Numbered from the stretch's first letter, positions 41,218 to 55,369 are shown. The stretch is DNA of 64,000 nt from Auanema rhodensis (GCA_964057225.1 OZ059895.1:17794001-17858000); one strand, 5' to 3'. Made by a program: numbers and translations. The notes: generated by a model from the sequence alone, not told the origin.

Positions 41218-43954
41218 AAAGTTATTATATTTTCTAAATCTCTTGTGCCTTCTTTGCTTGATTGATAATTCATGAAGATGACCGATATATTGACAACAGG
41301 AAGAATATTTATTTTAAAGAAAACTGCGCTCTCATTTTCATTTAAAAAAAAGAGAAAAAGAAAATATAAACTAGCAAACTTGTGTCTGGAGTCTTTAAGC
41401 ACTTATTACTAGCACAATACTTCATCACATACACATACACATAACCCCATATATATTCTCTTTTTCTCTCTTTCAGCTTTTCAACTTGTACATATGTACA
41501 TATGTATCTCAGATACAGATAGATACATCAACAATAACTTTTATATATACTATATATATAGAAGAAATTGTTTTAAAATATGCGTATATGCTCTCTAAAT
41601 GTGCATAATATTTGGTAGAAAAACACATTAAATCCCTAAATCCTTTCAATTTGGTCTATTCTACATGTCTCGATACCTCTGTTCTTTTTTCTATTAAAAT
41701 TTTTTTTGCATCATTTGTTTGTATTCATCTCATTCTTACTTGCGTCTTCTGAGTCGTTGTCTACGTGCCATCTACTGGAACTGCCCCTCCAATGCTGCTT
41801 GCCTCCTCCCCTTCTCATCGCAACCTGCTCTTTTCCTTCTAGGCATGTTCGTTCGCAAGCTGCAGCCACCACAACATCAGCAGCACGTCTTCATAGAAGA
41901 AGAGAGAGAAAAAAGGAGGGAGAGAAAGAGGGAAAGAGAGAGTGTATGCAGCTCCTTTCACGCAGTCTTTGTTGTCATCATTGACGACAACGATCTTTTT
42001 CTCAATCACACTCACAAGATCTTACTTCATCGCCATCATTATCTTCTTTACTCTTTTTGAAGCTTTTTTTTACACAAACACAATCCCAAAAATGGATTCA
42101 ACTCATTAGCTAGATGGTTTAAAAGTGAGAAGAGGCTACAAAATCCTCTCTGCATTCTTTGTTTTTGAAATTATTTGCTTCTAAAAATCTCGGCATATTT
42201 GCTGTTGAAGCTATTTCGATGTTAAACTATTATATATATAAGTAGCCATGGTAGCATTACCTTATTTCTACACGCTACGGTTGTCATGTCAACCTCTTTA
42301 ATTCAATTTATCAAATTGAATTCTTCTTCGTTTTCAATCAATCATCTTACCATAATTTACGCTTTATTTTATAATAATTTCAATCTAATAGTTAGTAGCT
42401 TTTTGTCTGATTCTTCTCAAAACAATATATTATTCTTTTGAAGAAGATGAAAACTGTCTTTTACTATATGCAATGAATATCATTCTTTTCAGATTGTATT
42501 AAGCTGAAGCTAATGCTTAACAAACATATATGTAGCTCCGCTTAGCTTCAGATCATGTAAAAGAATGCTTTCTTCTGCCCAGAATTGCAAAGCAGGCTTC
42601 TGCAAAGTTAGCTCAAAAAAAACTTTGAGCACATTGTTAAAACAAGGCCATCCATTAACATTCACTTGAAAGCCTTCCAAAACTGATGTCAAGATTTTGA
42701 GCCGATTTTTTCCGTTCTCCGAACCATTCATGCTGATTTCGCCGTTCCACATTTCATCAAGATACAGCAGTTCAAGATATTTCAACCAATTTCAATATTG
42801 AAAAGCAAACCTCATATAGCTGCTGAAATATATACTTACATAGCTTCTACTTTCTTTTCCTCTTCTTTTTTATTCACCATTTTCAGCTGATCTGCTTTCA
42901 ATTTAAATACTAAAAATAAAAATGATGTCATGTCTACAACTGTTGCATAACCTGAGTTTTGAAAAAAAAATGCATTAATTCGATTTAGACTCGTTGACTT
43001 CATGTCATTGGTACTTGGTGTATTGCCGTTTTTTGGTTGCTTTATTCAATGAAATTTTGAAATTATCTTACAATCTTTCTATGTCTTCTCGTTGTCTGCC
43101 CTTTTTTCTATTTTTTCTTTTGTCTCTTGTCATTCTCCCATTCTTTCTCTCTCTTCTTTTGAACCTTCCCTCTTTGATCACTTTGTGGTACGTAGAGATG
43201 TCTGAAAAACACTACTCAATTCTAATTTTCCAACTGATTGTTGGCCATTTGGTGTTGCCACTGAATACCACTGCTATTACTGCTCCGCTTCCTTAACTGA
43301 CCATTAACCGAGTATAGCTTAAACGCAGAAGAAGAAAAAAAAACCTCGAAAACTCCATTTCCCTGCTGTCAATCACTCTCTTTGATTTCATTGTTTCATC
43401 ATATTCAAGCGCTGAGCTGCAGTGCTACTTCCTTTCTTTGTTGCTGTGTGTGTCCATTCTCTTTTTCCCATTTTCTTTTTTCTCCCGCCTTTCGGCACTC
43501 GTATTAAATTCCGCCTGCCTAACCTTTACGCTTTTGGATTATCTAGCCTATTCTGGCAGCAGCGTGCTCATGCCGTCTTCTCGTTGTTCCTTCTCTGCAT
43601 CTTCATCATCTGGTCCTTCTTCTTCATCTCATTCTCCATCTCCATCTTCATCTTTGGCCATTCTTCGCCTATCCATTTACAACGTATTTTCATCATCATC
43701 CTCAACTTCTTGTATTTCTTTTTAAAGATGATCATTTCGTCAAGTTCACATCGTTCTATGTACTTTATGAAGACAAAAGCTTCCGCTCACAGTGTTTTTC
43801 TGCTCATTTTCTTTTAAAAGATATTTACATCTAAATATTTTATTTCAATGTATATATTCTGAATTTCTTCAGTTTTTCGCTCACATCCACTTCTTATACT
43901 TTAGAAACTCTCTTCTATCTTACTTCAACTTATCTTTTTTTCCAGGAACTAACA

Positions 43955-45538
43955 ATGGCTTTTTTAAGTCAACTAACTGGTCATCTGCAGAATTTGAAGG
44001 AAAAAACTGTCAACATAGCGGAAGGTGCTCCAGCTCATTTGCAAAGTCTCAAGGTATTTACATCAGATCCCAGTCCGCTTTCTTATACATTTTCAATATA
44101 ATTGTTTTGAAATTCTCAAAAGAAAGACAAACACAAGTCATTTTATGTATTTATACCTATACACATAGTTTGTATTTGCAGGATGGAGCCCCCAAGCTTT
44201 TGGAAAGTGCAATGAACGCTAAGAATGGACTATTGAACAAGGTAGACTTATTCTTTCCTTTTCTATGAAAATAATATGAATTGATATTTCATAAAAAAAC
44301 TAATTTTGATTAATTTTTAGGTAAAATTAGATTCATTGGGTAAAGTATTGAGCATGCCAGCTTTGGGACGTAATCAGTCTCCAATCGACATTGTTCCTGT
44401 CATCACAGCATTTGGAGAACATCTTCAAAATGCTGAATTTAGGTATTTACTTGTAGCGTGGGATACAGATTAAGCTTGTTTTTAGAGTTGAATACCATAA
44501 TAATGGTGATTTTAAAGCTATAAATACTGGATCAACAACTGCTCTAATTCGAGAAGGTACTGTTAGCTTAATCTCTTTTCTTCACATGTTCAGTTATCTT
44601 ATATAGGTAATGAAAGTGAACTGGCTTGTTCATTTCTACCCGAGGAACAGTATCATTTGGATCAAATCAGTTGGCATTGGGGAACAGAACCAATGAATGG
44701 CTCAGAACATACTATCGGAGGTAAGTTCGAAGCTTCGGTACTAGTCATCATCAGATTGTTTATGATATATGGTGCACAGAAGCTTAATATACAAATAAAT
44801 ATTTGGTAAACAACATGATTAGACTCAATTACAAAATTTAAGGTGTTGGATATGCTGGTGAGCTACACCTGATCCATCGTAATACTCGCTTTTCGAATAT
44901 GGAAATAGCCTTGAAACAGCCAAATGGCGTACTTGCAATTGCAATTTTCCTCAATGTAAAATATTAAACAAATGAACAATACTTTGATGTTTGTATATTT
45001 AGGAATCACATGATGACAATCCTAGTATTACACCATTCATGGAAATTTTACCAAATATTACGTATAAGGGAAATGAATATAATGTTCCTTCATTTAATTT
45101 CTCAGCTCTTTTCCCTTCACCAGGTATATCAATTAAACTGCTTTGACTGCTTTCATTCACAATTTGATTCAGAAAAAACCAAAGAATTCTGGATGTATGA
45201 AGGATCTGAAACTCTTGAACCTTTCCGTGAAACCGTTAATTGGATTGTTTTCCGATCTGCTCTTCCAATTAGCTCTCATCAGGTAATATATTTTTCCTCT
45301 CGTTTTCAGCTGCTTGCATATTGCCAACCCATTCTATATATAGCTATTTCCCCTATTTCAGCTCGAAAAACTACGCGAAATTCGTGCCGGAGGCTATGAC
45401 GAGGAAAAAGAACGTCCAATGGTCTCCATTCGTCAAACTCAAGCTCCAAATTCACGTATTGTGATCAGTAGCTTTCGCTCCGCAGCAGGAGCACCTGATC
45501 TCGGCTTCAGCAGCAGTGGGCCGGGTAACAAACAGTAA
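43955..45538 (+). CDS. cah-6: Alpha-carbonic anhydrase-related protein, probably non-catalytic
   Basis: GRNQSPIDI, YHLDQISWHWG, GSEHTIGG, ELHLIH, GVLAIAIF, YEGSETLEPFRETVNWIVF. A ttttccag acceptor lies 10 nt before the ATG; TAA 45536-45538. The symbol comes from recalled C. elegans acatalytic CA and is tentative. Confidence 0.85.
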
Positions 45539-46608
45539 GCTACATAATCCCGATCCGGATGCTCTGCCAGCATCTGGTATTATCTCGAGCTGCTTTCCAT
45601 TCTGGTCAGCCTGTGCTGACGTGCCTCATCTGAAGCATGACTAGGTATAAGCTACACAGAGTGATGTTCTTGATCTTCAGATACCAATTTAAATACCTGC
45701 AAACTATTTTTTTAAAATAATAAGCTTAAATTAATTATTTTGAAGTAGAAATAGAAATTTTAATCGTTTGTTATAATTATATTATATTATTTATGCTAAC
45801 TATTTATGTATTAATATCATATAATCTTCTAACATACGTTACCCATAAGACTTCACTTCTACTGATTGTAACAAAGAAGTTTTTGAATTTCTAATAAGTT
45901 TAATTAATTTTATTTATGTATATATTGAATATATAATCATTGTACTTTCAATATAAAAAAAATTATTCTATTTTTCATCAAAAATAATCAGAAAACCGGT
46001 ATATTACTGTTGATTATATTATATAATATTCAATTATATTACAATAACCACAAACATGTATCAGAATACTTCGCCGATAACGACGACAATGATATGGATG
46101 ACAACTTCTCCGTAATCAGAATAGTAGTTACAACAATATTTTTTATTTAGTCAATTATATAAATATAAATAATAATTTCTATATATATAATCCTGAATCA
46201 GATGATTTGTATTATCAAATCACATATCACTTAGTATGTTTGACCAGAGAACGAGATGAAGACTTCTAGGTGGTGGGAGAGGAAGAAGGAAAGATGGTAA
46301 ATATAGAAAATAACCAAAATTGGTAAAGATCGACCACAATAATTATGCGAAAAAAAATTGAAAATTTGTATGTGGGAACAAGAGACAATTATTAAAATTT
46401 TAAACAAGATATTTTGAAGTAAAAAGAGAAAAACAGCTTGTTGGACACAAGAATATATGTATAACAGTTCATGATGCTGATATAAATATATAGTCTGATA
46501 TGTGTTATAGCATAAAACATGTATAAAACAGATTTCTAAGAAGACAGACTGAGAAAGAAAGAAGGAGCGAGAGAGAGGGGTGCGAGAATTAAAGAAGCAT
46601 GATTGTAT

Positions 46609-49600
46609 CTATACATTACCACAATGATATTGCTGTTTAACAGACATAATGATATGTAAACTTGGAATTGATGTTATTCCTAATTCTAAAAAGTTTTCTT
46701 CTTGTAATCCTAAGAAGGTCTGAAAATGTAAAAACGATGAAATTGAGTGAGAACCTTGCTACAAGCTACACTTACATCACCATCGATTTCATTATTTTCC
46801 AAAATTTTCAAAACAGCTTCACCTACGCCACGTGATCGTAATTCCGAAAATATCTCATTAGCTTAAAAATTACTATTTAGGAAATATTTATATTTATCAG
46901 CCTTACTTCGTAAATCAATTTGACTTCGTCGGCGATCCAGCGAATTTTGAGGCTGAGATTTTGCCAAACGTTGGGCTTGATAAGGAGAGCTTAGCACAGT
47001 TGGAATGAAAACGGGAGTAGAGCATGTTCTGGAACTTTTTTGTTTTGTTTTTTAATTTGATGGAAAGAATTTATTCAATTACTTCCGAATGTTGTCATGA
47101 TGATTTGGAGAACCTTTACACATTTGATCATCATTAGCTGTTTGATCTCGAGTTTTCTTTAGCATTCGAGGTGTTGTCCTACATTGGTTAGTTGACGGTG
47201 GCTCATATAGGAATGTACGGGCCTTTCGTCCTGAAAAAAATAACAAAAAAAATAAACGAATCGAATTTCATGAGATAGTACCTATGCTATTACTTGGATC
47301 ACTAATATCTCGTTTATGTTTCACAATAGGCAGTCCACGCATACTAGATGAAGATGCCATAAACTGTTGTTTCGGTTCAATAACTCTTCGATAGCCCTAT
47401 AATTCATTTATACTTGGAATTGATATTAACCGCAAGATAAACATAAGAAACTGAAACTTACATATGAACTTGAATTTCTCAAGGCAGCATCATATGCATC
47501 GTGCTTTTCAAGACTAATTTCATCTTCACTGTCTTCTCCGTCCCCAACATAATAATCATAAAAGCAATTTACTTTGAATGATTGAGCCTCCTGTAAATAA
47601 ACAATATTTAAATTCAATCTAGCTATATGATATAATTAGCAAAAATAAAAATAATAACTAACAGAGGCCATATTGCGTATAACTTCCATAACAGTATCAA
47701 GCGTATTAACCCGTTTTGGTGATAAAGCTTTAGTTCGATGCAAGATTTGTTCGGTTAAAATTAATTTCTGAAATCACACCAAGCAATGTTTTATGATAAT
47801 ACTAAAAATTTCAATGTAAAACCTTGTTATTACGTCCTTCGACGGGCATTAAATGAAGTCGAGCACTTCGCCAATCTGTCATGCTGATGCTTGTTTGCTC
47901 ATTTGACTTTTCATTTGTAAATTGCGATGCAACTTTAGAAAGAAAAGCCTAAATATGTATTTGAATTGTTTCAACAAATGAAATATTTGATGAACAAAAG
48001 AAAATAACAAAAATATGCCAAACTAACTTTAGTGAAAGAGTTTGAACTTGAGCTTAAATTAAATTTGCCTTCTAGGGTTTTTGGCTTAAAACAGTGCATT
48101 TTAGCCCTCATGCTCGTATCATGTTCCCCTGCAAAATGAAAAAAATATACGTCAAATTATAGTAATATGAATGAATGAATGAATAAATATAAATATACCT
48201 AAACTTGAAATATAATAATCAAAAGCTGTCATTTGCTGATTATTCTCATATTCAGCATTGCTTAATGGTAAAAGCAAATTTGTAATTGAATCTAATCTAA
48301 AATAAAACAAAATATAATGTATAATTTATTTTAATATAAAATTTAAAATTAAAATGTACATACTGTAACATGGCTGAAACTTGAAGTGGCGTTAAGCCAT
48401 ATCTCGGTTCCGGTACCTGACTTCCTACACCCAAATTCAAAAGTTCAGATACCTAAAAGATGAGTATTATATGTCCATACATATCAACCTTATAAGCTAA
48501 TCGAGAAATGTTTTGTTTAACTTCTCATATTATTTTTTTTTGTTCAAATAGGACTATGATCATTTGAATAATCAGATTTAATGATGTTTTTTTTAATAGG
48601 AAAAAGATTGATTTTCTGAAGTTTAAACAGATTTTACCATTGTTGAAGATCCTATAGATGTTGCAAATAAGATTGGAGTTCCACCATCAGGTAACACATC
48701 ATCTTTGCGAGCTTCTAAAGTTTGTATGCCAACACGTTCTTGAGCAATGATCTGTCGAACATCAATGACATCTGAAATTCAATACTATAATTATCATTAA
48801 TCTGATTTATTTATTTTTTATTTTTTCTATTTTGTTTTTCTGAGAAAAATTAACCTGATAGTCCTACCATATCTTTTCCTCATCTTGCTGTTCAGTATAA
48901 TTTCAAACTCCTGACGGTTTCGCATCCGAGCTAGCTCATACGCCGTTTTGTTCTTAAGCGTTCTGTATGACATTTGAACATGAGATGATAATAAATGAGA
49001 AAGTAATAGATACATGATGATACATACCGTTTGCGTGGCTCAGCTCCCAAATCTAATAAGGCAGAGAAAACTACGGTTGTAGTGGAGCACATAACTGTGC
49101 ATGATAAAGCCGATAAACCAAGCAGTGAGTCCATGGTCTCATCCACAGCTGCTGCTTTTCTGAAAAATTCATAAGTATTTAGATGAAAGAAACGAAGCTT
49201 GAAGCTAGAATAAGAGATGGAAAATAGCTTCAGACCTTAATATCAGAAAGCCACAAATTTGGGGACTGTTGCGGAAAGCTGCTGCTATCAGAGGTGTCGG
49301 GCAGATACCTTGAGATGTTGGCTGAGATGTACCAACACCTAAGCTAACCAACTTTTTTACGACATCCATGTGAGCTAAATAGAGAACAGAAACTTTTCAC
49401 AGTTAGATTTAAAGGAGATAATACCTCCGGCTGCTGCTAAGGTAAGAGCACTGGCACCCAAACCACTATAACAGATAAACAATGAATTACTTTTTTGAAT
49501 AAATAGCCTAACTGACGAGCATTTGTGAATATCAGCACCTCGTTGTAGTAGAGTATCAATGACAGGAAGTTTACCTTCACGGCAAGCATGAAGAAAAGCT

Positions 49601-49703
49601 GTCATACCTACTTGACTCGTTGATTCGATATCAGCTCCTCGATCAAGTAAAAAGTTCACCTAAACAATGCTTGTTTATGAAGTTGAAGGGAGATGAGCTT
49701 TAA

Positions 49704-49758
<55 letters not shown>

Positions 49759-50080
49759 AAAAGAGTGAGAGAGAGAGAGTACGAGTTTAACATATATTTA
49801 TAAAACATACTAATGTGTTATTGCCTATGAAAGCTGCTATATGAAGTGCAGTAACATCGTCATCATCTGCACAATCAATGTGAACTTCTTTATCTAACAA
49901 AGTTTGAATCTAGAATATGATCAATATATTGAGTAATCAGCTTAAGAAAATGCTCATAAAATCAAAAAAAGTTGAAAAAAACATGAAGCTTACTGCAGAT
50001 AAATTACCGTCATAGGCAGCTTGAAGCAGCATATTCTTATCATGATCCATATAGTCTATGACCCGTTCACCGCCGCTCAT
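46609..50080 (-). CDS. mlt-2: Ankyrin-repeat + C-terminal SAM protein, ANKS6-like
   Basis: Ankyrin repeats (DVTALHIAAFIGNNTLVNFLLDRGADIE, GMTAFLHACREG, LGASALTLAAAGAHMDVVKKL, GLTPLQVSA) and a SAM-like end (ILENNEIDGDTFLGLQEENFLELGI). ATG 50080 lies directly after a ttcag acceptor; TAG at 46609-46611. The symbol is tentative. Confidence 0.75.
49704..49779 (+). repeat. (GA)n microsatellite in an intron of the ankyrin-SAM gene
   Basis: AG run on +, which is CT on the sense strand. Confidence 0.9.
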
Positions 50081-50624
50081 CTGAATTACGTCAAACAACT
50101 ATCAAGGCAAAGCCTTCAGAAGTTTAAAAAAAGAAAAAAGAAAAATTAAAACAAACATTCATATGGTCCATTCAAGCTAAATTAACCACAAATTGTTATA
50201 TTGTGATGAATATAGAAGAAGTGGTATTCATGGAAAAACAGCACGAAGAGAAGGAAGGAGGGAAGAATGTAAATGCTATATAATAATAAAAATAAATATT
50301 ATTATTATCATTTTTCTTCAACAATAAAAATTTAAATATATTCAAATAAATTTAAAAAATTTATTTAATTAATTAGAAAAACAAAATAACAATCTGATCT
50401 ATATTAGAAAATTCTGTAAAATGTTTGTTTTCAAATAACATAGTATAAATAATCTTTAATTAAGCTTAAATTAGCATATTGATTTTGATATATTTATGAG
50501 GTGAATTATAATATATAGAGATTGTATTTATTAGACAATCAATATATGGAGAATGATGATATGAATGACATAGAAATCAACTGACGACGTTGCAGGTTGC
50601 AAAACCGGCTTTTCATTAGTAACC

Positions 50625-50807
50625 TTTCCTTCTTTCTCTCTGTTTCCCTCGCTCTCTCTCTATCTCTAAATTTCTCTCTCTCTTTTTTTCTCTTTCTCCC
50701 TCCCTCGCTCTCCCTCTATCTTTCTCTCTCTCTCTCTTTTTTCTCTTCCTCTCTCGTTTCTCTCTCTCTCTCTCTCTCTCCCTCTCTCTCCTTCCCTCTC
50801 TCTCCTT

Positions 50808-50885
<78 letters not shown>

Positions 50886-50930
50886 ATCTCTTCTTTTCAT
50901 TTTCCCTATTTCTTTTTATCTTTTTTTTCT
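50625..50930 (+). repeat. ~300-bp polypyrimidine/(CT)n tract
   Basis: Almost purely C/T on +, including more than 30 perfect CT units. Confidence 0.95.
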
Positions 50931-53084
50931 GAAATTATCTCTATTCATTTACTATTTTCTTTTTCATAACTTTCTGTAACTTCTCCCTAATTTTTAAAAA
51001 AGAAATTGACCAGTCGAATCAGCAAATCAAATGATTGGTCATTTTTACCATGACGTTCTTATTTTCACAAATTATATACATGTATGTAAGTCATAAAGTA
51101 ATGCTAGTAAATAGTTAGTAAAAATCAGACAAAAAATGAGAAAATAAAAATGAGTTTGGTTAGCAAGGAAGTGTTCAAATCAATGTTCTTCATCAATTCT
51201 GTTCTTCTTTTCTCTTCTTTTCCCCACAAAAATAAATTCTTATCAGATTTAAAATTTTAAATTATTTACTCGTGTCTTCATAAAAACGAAAAATGATTTT
51301 TCTTTTTTTTTTCAGTAAATCATCAAGAAGGTATATGAATTTCAAAGTCGATTCGATAATACAAGACACATTTCTTGAAACTTTATAAAACTTGGATGTA
51401 TATTTTTCAATTAAAATTATATTTTAAACGCATAATATATCATAAATATAAAATATACTATATTTATATTTATAGTATGTACTAAGAAGCAGTCACCTTG
51501 CTGATGCAATAAAACTTTATTTCCTTTTAGATTATATTAAAATCAACAATTAAAAAAAAAGAATTTGTCTACATTAATGGAGCAATAAAATCTGAAAATG
51601 TATCTTCTAAGCTAGAGAAAAGATTATGTTATTTGAAATCATTATAGTTTTAAGATCTGAACAAGTTCCTCAAACAATCTCATAGTGGGATACGTTTTCC
51701 AACGTTTTCAAACGATTTTCAACCTTTTTCAGTTATTCCACTCAGCATTCGACACCTGGAAGCACACAGATAAAGAAGAATTTGAAAAAGAGAAGAAGAA
51801 ATTAAAGATTGAAGAAACGAAGAGAGAGAAAACCAAAAGCAAGAATAAAGACCATTTAGGATATGTCTATATGTACACCCATGATTTAGAATTTTAGAAA
51901 ATAAGAATGAATATATTTGTTTCATAACTCTTAAAAAATATTTTTAAATGTATATTTTTATTAAAAACTTTTCAAATGATTTTCTTTTATATTTATTTAA
52001 AACTTAAAAAGGAACGATGCAAATTAAGAAGTTGCAAAATGAAATTATGAACAGTATCTCAGATTTTTACTAAACGTCTTCGCTCTTTTTCTATAAAATA
52101 TTTTATTTTTAATAGATTAACCCCTTTGTATTTATATTTTGGATATAACATTCCATTCATTTGATTCACAATACGGTTTGACAATTTTTTTTCGGCTTTT
52201 AAGAAGAATAAAGAGAACGACATCAAAAACTGAAACTGATTTCATCACTGCTTCGTCTGGATATCAGATTCTGAAAAGCAATTTCTTTTTTTTTTCAAAA
52301 TTGACTATGCTATGTATACATGGATATTCTTGAATTTTTGGTTATAAATTGACTTTAGGCAACAGATTTTCATGCAGATGAGTGAAGAGATGGTCAGCGA
52401 TTTTACGCAAAAAGTTTTTCTTTAATGGCAACTTCAATGTATTTATCATATATATTTAAATAAACGAAAGATTATATCTGGGAAAGACATGTACGTGAAT
52501 GGCTATTAACTGACAGATTTGATTTGAAGGCCTTGAGCTGCTTTATTCATTTTTTCTGGGAAAGAAGATGAACAGCAGACATTGATGTAGCGAGATTTTG
52601 AATTCATCGCCTCAGGGCTATTCAATAGGTTTATATCTGCCAGAAAAACAGTTTTGTCACTTGTAAGATATTTATGGAAATAGATAGTAAAATAGAAAAA
52701 TAGAGAAAAAGAAATAAAGAGAGAGTGAAGGAAAGAAAGAGATATAAGCTTTTAAGTTGATAATGAGGGACAGAGAGATAAAGAAAAACTCTCAATATCG
52801 GCATACGATGCTGTGGAAACTGATTAGAAAACTTATTTCACAGCAGGTGCTCAGAGTTCGAATTTCAATTAGCCACAGCAGGTATACGGTGATCAGATGA
52901 CCAGCAACACAACCAATATCTAGACTTTGGACTTGTATTAATGACGGACAAGCCTGTTCACACCGTTCCCATCGTTAGGATAAGCATATCTCGATGTTAA
53001 AAAACTTTGGCAATACAGGATGATATGCAGATGATACATGAAGAAATGGAATATATCCAAACAGGAGAGAAGGAAAAACAGGGT

Positions 53085-53138
<54 letters not shown>
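53085..53138 (+). repeat. (GA)n microsatellite
   Basis: Visible AG run. Confidence 0.9.
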
Positions 53139-53141
<3 letters not shown>

Positions 53142-55330
53142 AGATGACAAGTAGTAGAGCTTAATGAAGAGATGTAGTGGATCAAGAACAAGGTGGATAT
53201 GGAATCAGCATCTTCCATGTAAGCGAATTCAAAAGTTTTTTTTTGGTTTTTGGAACGAATGAATGATGTGATTCTTTTTCTCTCTTAATCCATTTTGATT
53301 TGATTTAATTTTAATAAGCAATTAAAATAATTTGATGAGTATATGTTAAGTCATCCAAATATCAATTATAAATCTTTCATAAAACATTGAAAAAGTAGTT
53401 GAAGATGAAAAAAATGTTAATTCTAATTTAGATGAATGTACTCATCAAATCTTTATGCACTATTTCAATAACATCATATATTGTATTGATTTGACACATT
53501 GGTACGTTATTTCACATAATATCTATACATATATGTTATAATAACTTTAGTTTCTTAAAAGATTTCTTTATTTCTTTTTAAGTCCATTTTCACTTCGAAT
53601 GATTGCAATGTACTGATTAGAGTTCGCGATGTGATGACCGTTAATGGCCTTCTGAACCCACAAATCCTATTGTGGTTTGAAGTTCGTTGAGGTTGTGAAT
53701 GGTAGAACAGCAGGTTTCGAAGAACTACCCAATCTGAATTAGAACGAACACGACAACATCAACGTTGACGAAAACGAGGAAGACAGAGAAGACGAAGAAG
53801 GAAGACAAAGCTAATGATGATGGGACAGCTAGAAATGAAAGCACATGCCTAACAAAGAAAAGCTGTTTTTGGCAGATATTCCGAAAGGATAACGGACCAG
53901 TCAGCATTTAACATAAAGAATGGTTGTTGATGGACGTAGGACGACCTTGTACGAAATTTCGGAGTAAGGTGATGCTTGATTAGCAGCAATTTTCAACATA
54001 TACAAGGATGTACATCTGGACATTTAACGTAAATAATTCATGATTTTCTGATTGAATTATGAAGATTTGCATTTGAAGGTAAGCATCTTTACATCTCACA
54101 TCGTTAGTTCTATAGCATAATTATCACTCAATTCAAGTTAGATATGCGTAATACGTGGATTCAAGAACTTTCACTTCTTTTTCTCTTAGTCAGCTATCAG
54201 GAAATCTGACGACTTTGATAAAACTGACGATAAGCAGCATTAACTAAACCAATATATCCAAAAGTTTAATAGAGTTCACATTACAAAAGTTACGCAAACC
54301 AACTTTTGATTTGCAGTCCAATATCCTGCAGAATAGAAAGTGGAATCAGAAATCGAACACGAGCAACTTGCAAAGGTTTGAATTTGACGGATAAAACTTT
54401 TTGAAATTAGTTTTAAATCTTAGAATAAATGATTTTTTTTTGTTTGTTTGGAGTTTTCTTTCTGAGATTATTTATCGGAACTTGGATGACGTTGACGATG
54501 ATGAGAGGTTTGGCTACTTTTCCTCTGTCTTATCTCGCCTTTCTCTTACTCTCTCTTTCGTACTCTCTCTTATTTGCTATATCTATCTATCTATCCAACT
54601 TGTCCTTGACTTTGGCTATGGACAAACAGGATTTCAATCTATCCTAATGATCATCATGCCTTACACGTAATCCAAGTGCCATTACTTTCTCTCAGCATTC
54701 CACATCTCTCTTTCGTTGCTGATTTCTCTTTCGCATGATGATTTTTATTATCTCTTCTCAACACTTAAGCTTTTCCAACTTCTTCACACGATGCTGACGA
54801 TGAATTCAATAACCGTTAACTGAAAAGATGCATCTTATCTTCGTGTTGCCTATTTGAAGAGCTAAGGCTTTACAGAGCGGAAGTTAGATATTGCGTCTTG
54901 TTGATGGATATGTGTGATCTGATAGATGTATGTTGTCAATTGATAATGCAATTTACGTCTCCATCAGAATTCCAATGAACATAAGTTTTTCTATACTGAT
55001 TTTTCTATATGACTGTACTTTAAAAATTAAATGATGAGGTTAATTTTACATATAGTAGTGTTATAGAAAAAGATTCTGAATAGTGATTCATGATAAATTC
55101 TTCTTTTCTTTTGATTCATGATAAATTCTTTACATGACGTCGTATTTACCAGAATTGAAAGCTAATTGAAATACATCAGACGATATTTGGAAACCATTGC
55201 AAACATAAGAACATTTGTGGAGAAGAGATCAGAATGTAATCAGCTATTTACAACACTCACGTAGTAGACGAAAGATATACACATGTATGCATCGATGATT
55301 TTTCATAACTTTTTATTTAGTTTCTATTAA

Positions 55331-55368
<38 letters not shown>
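55331..55368 (+). repeat. Compound (AT)n(GA)n microsatellite
   Basis: An AT run switches directly into an AG run. Confidence 0.85.

Positions 55369-55369
<1 letters not shown>

Noticed and set aside
43422-43817. Ser-rich and hydrophobic ORFs upstream of the CA gene
   Set aside because: They arise from CTT/CAT low-complexity sequence and show no family motif.
50597-50932. SLSLSL / RERERE ORFs (also near 38.8, 41.2, 53.0 and 55.7 kb)
   Set aside because: These are translations of CT/GA microsatellites.
53680-53765. TCACAACCTC on the minus strand resembling the miR-67/miR-307 5' end, with partial fold-back
   Set aside because: The match stops after 10 nt, and the pairing is short with a ~50-nt loop, unlike a pre-miRNA.
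55084-55130. 19-bp direct repeat tgattcatgataaattctt
   Set aside because: The copies are only ~9 bp apart, which fits local slippage rather than a transposon target-site duplication.
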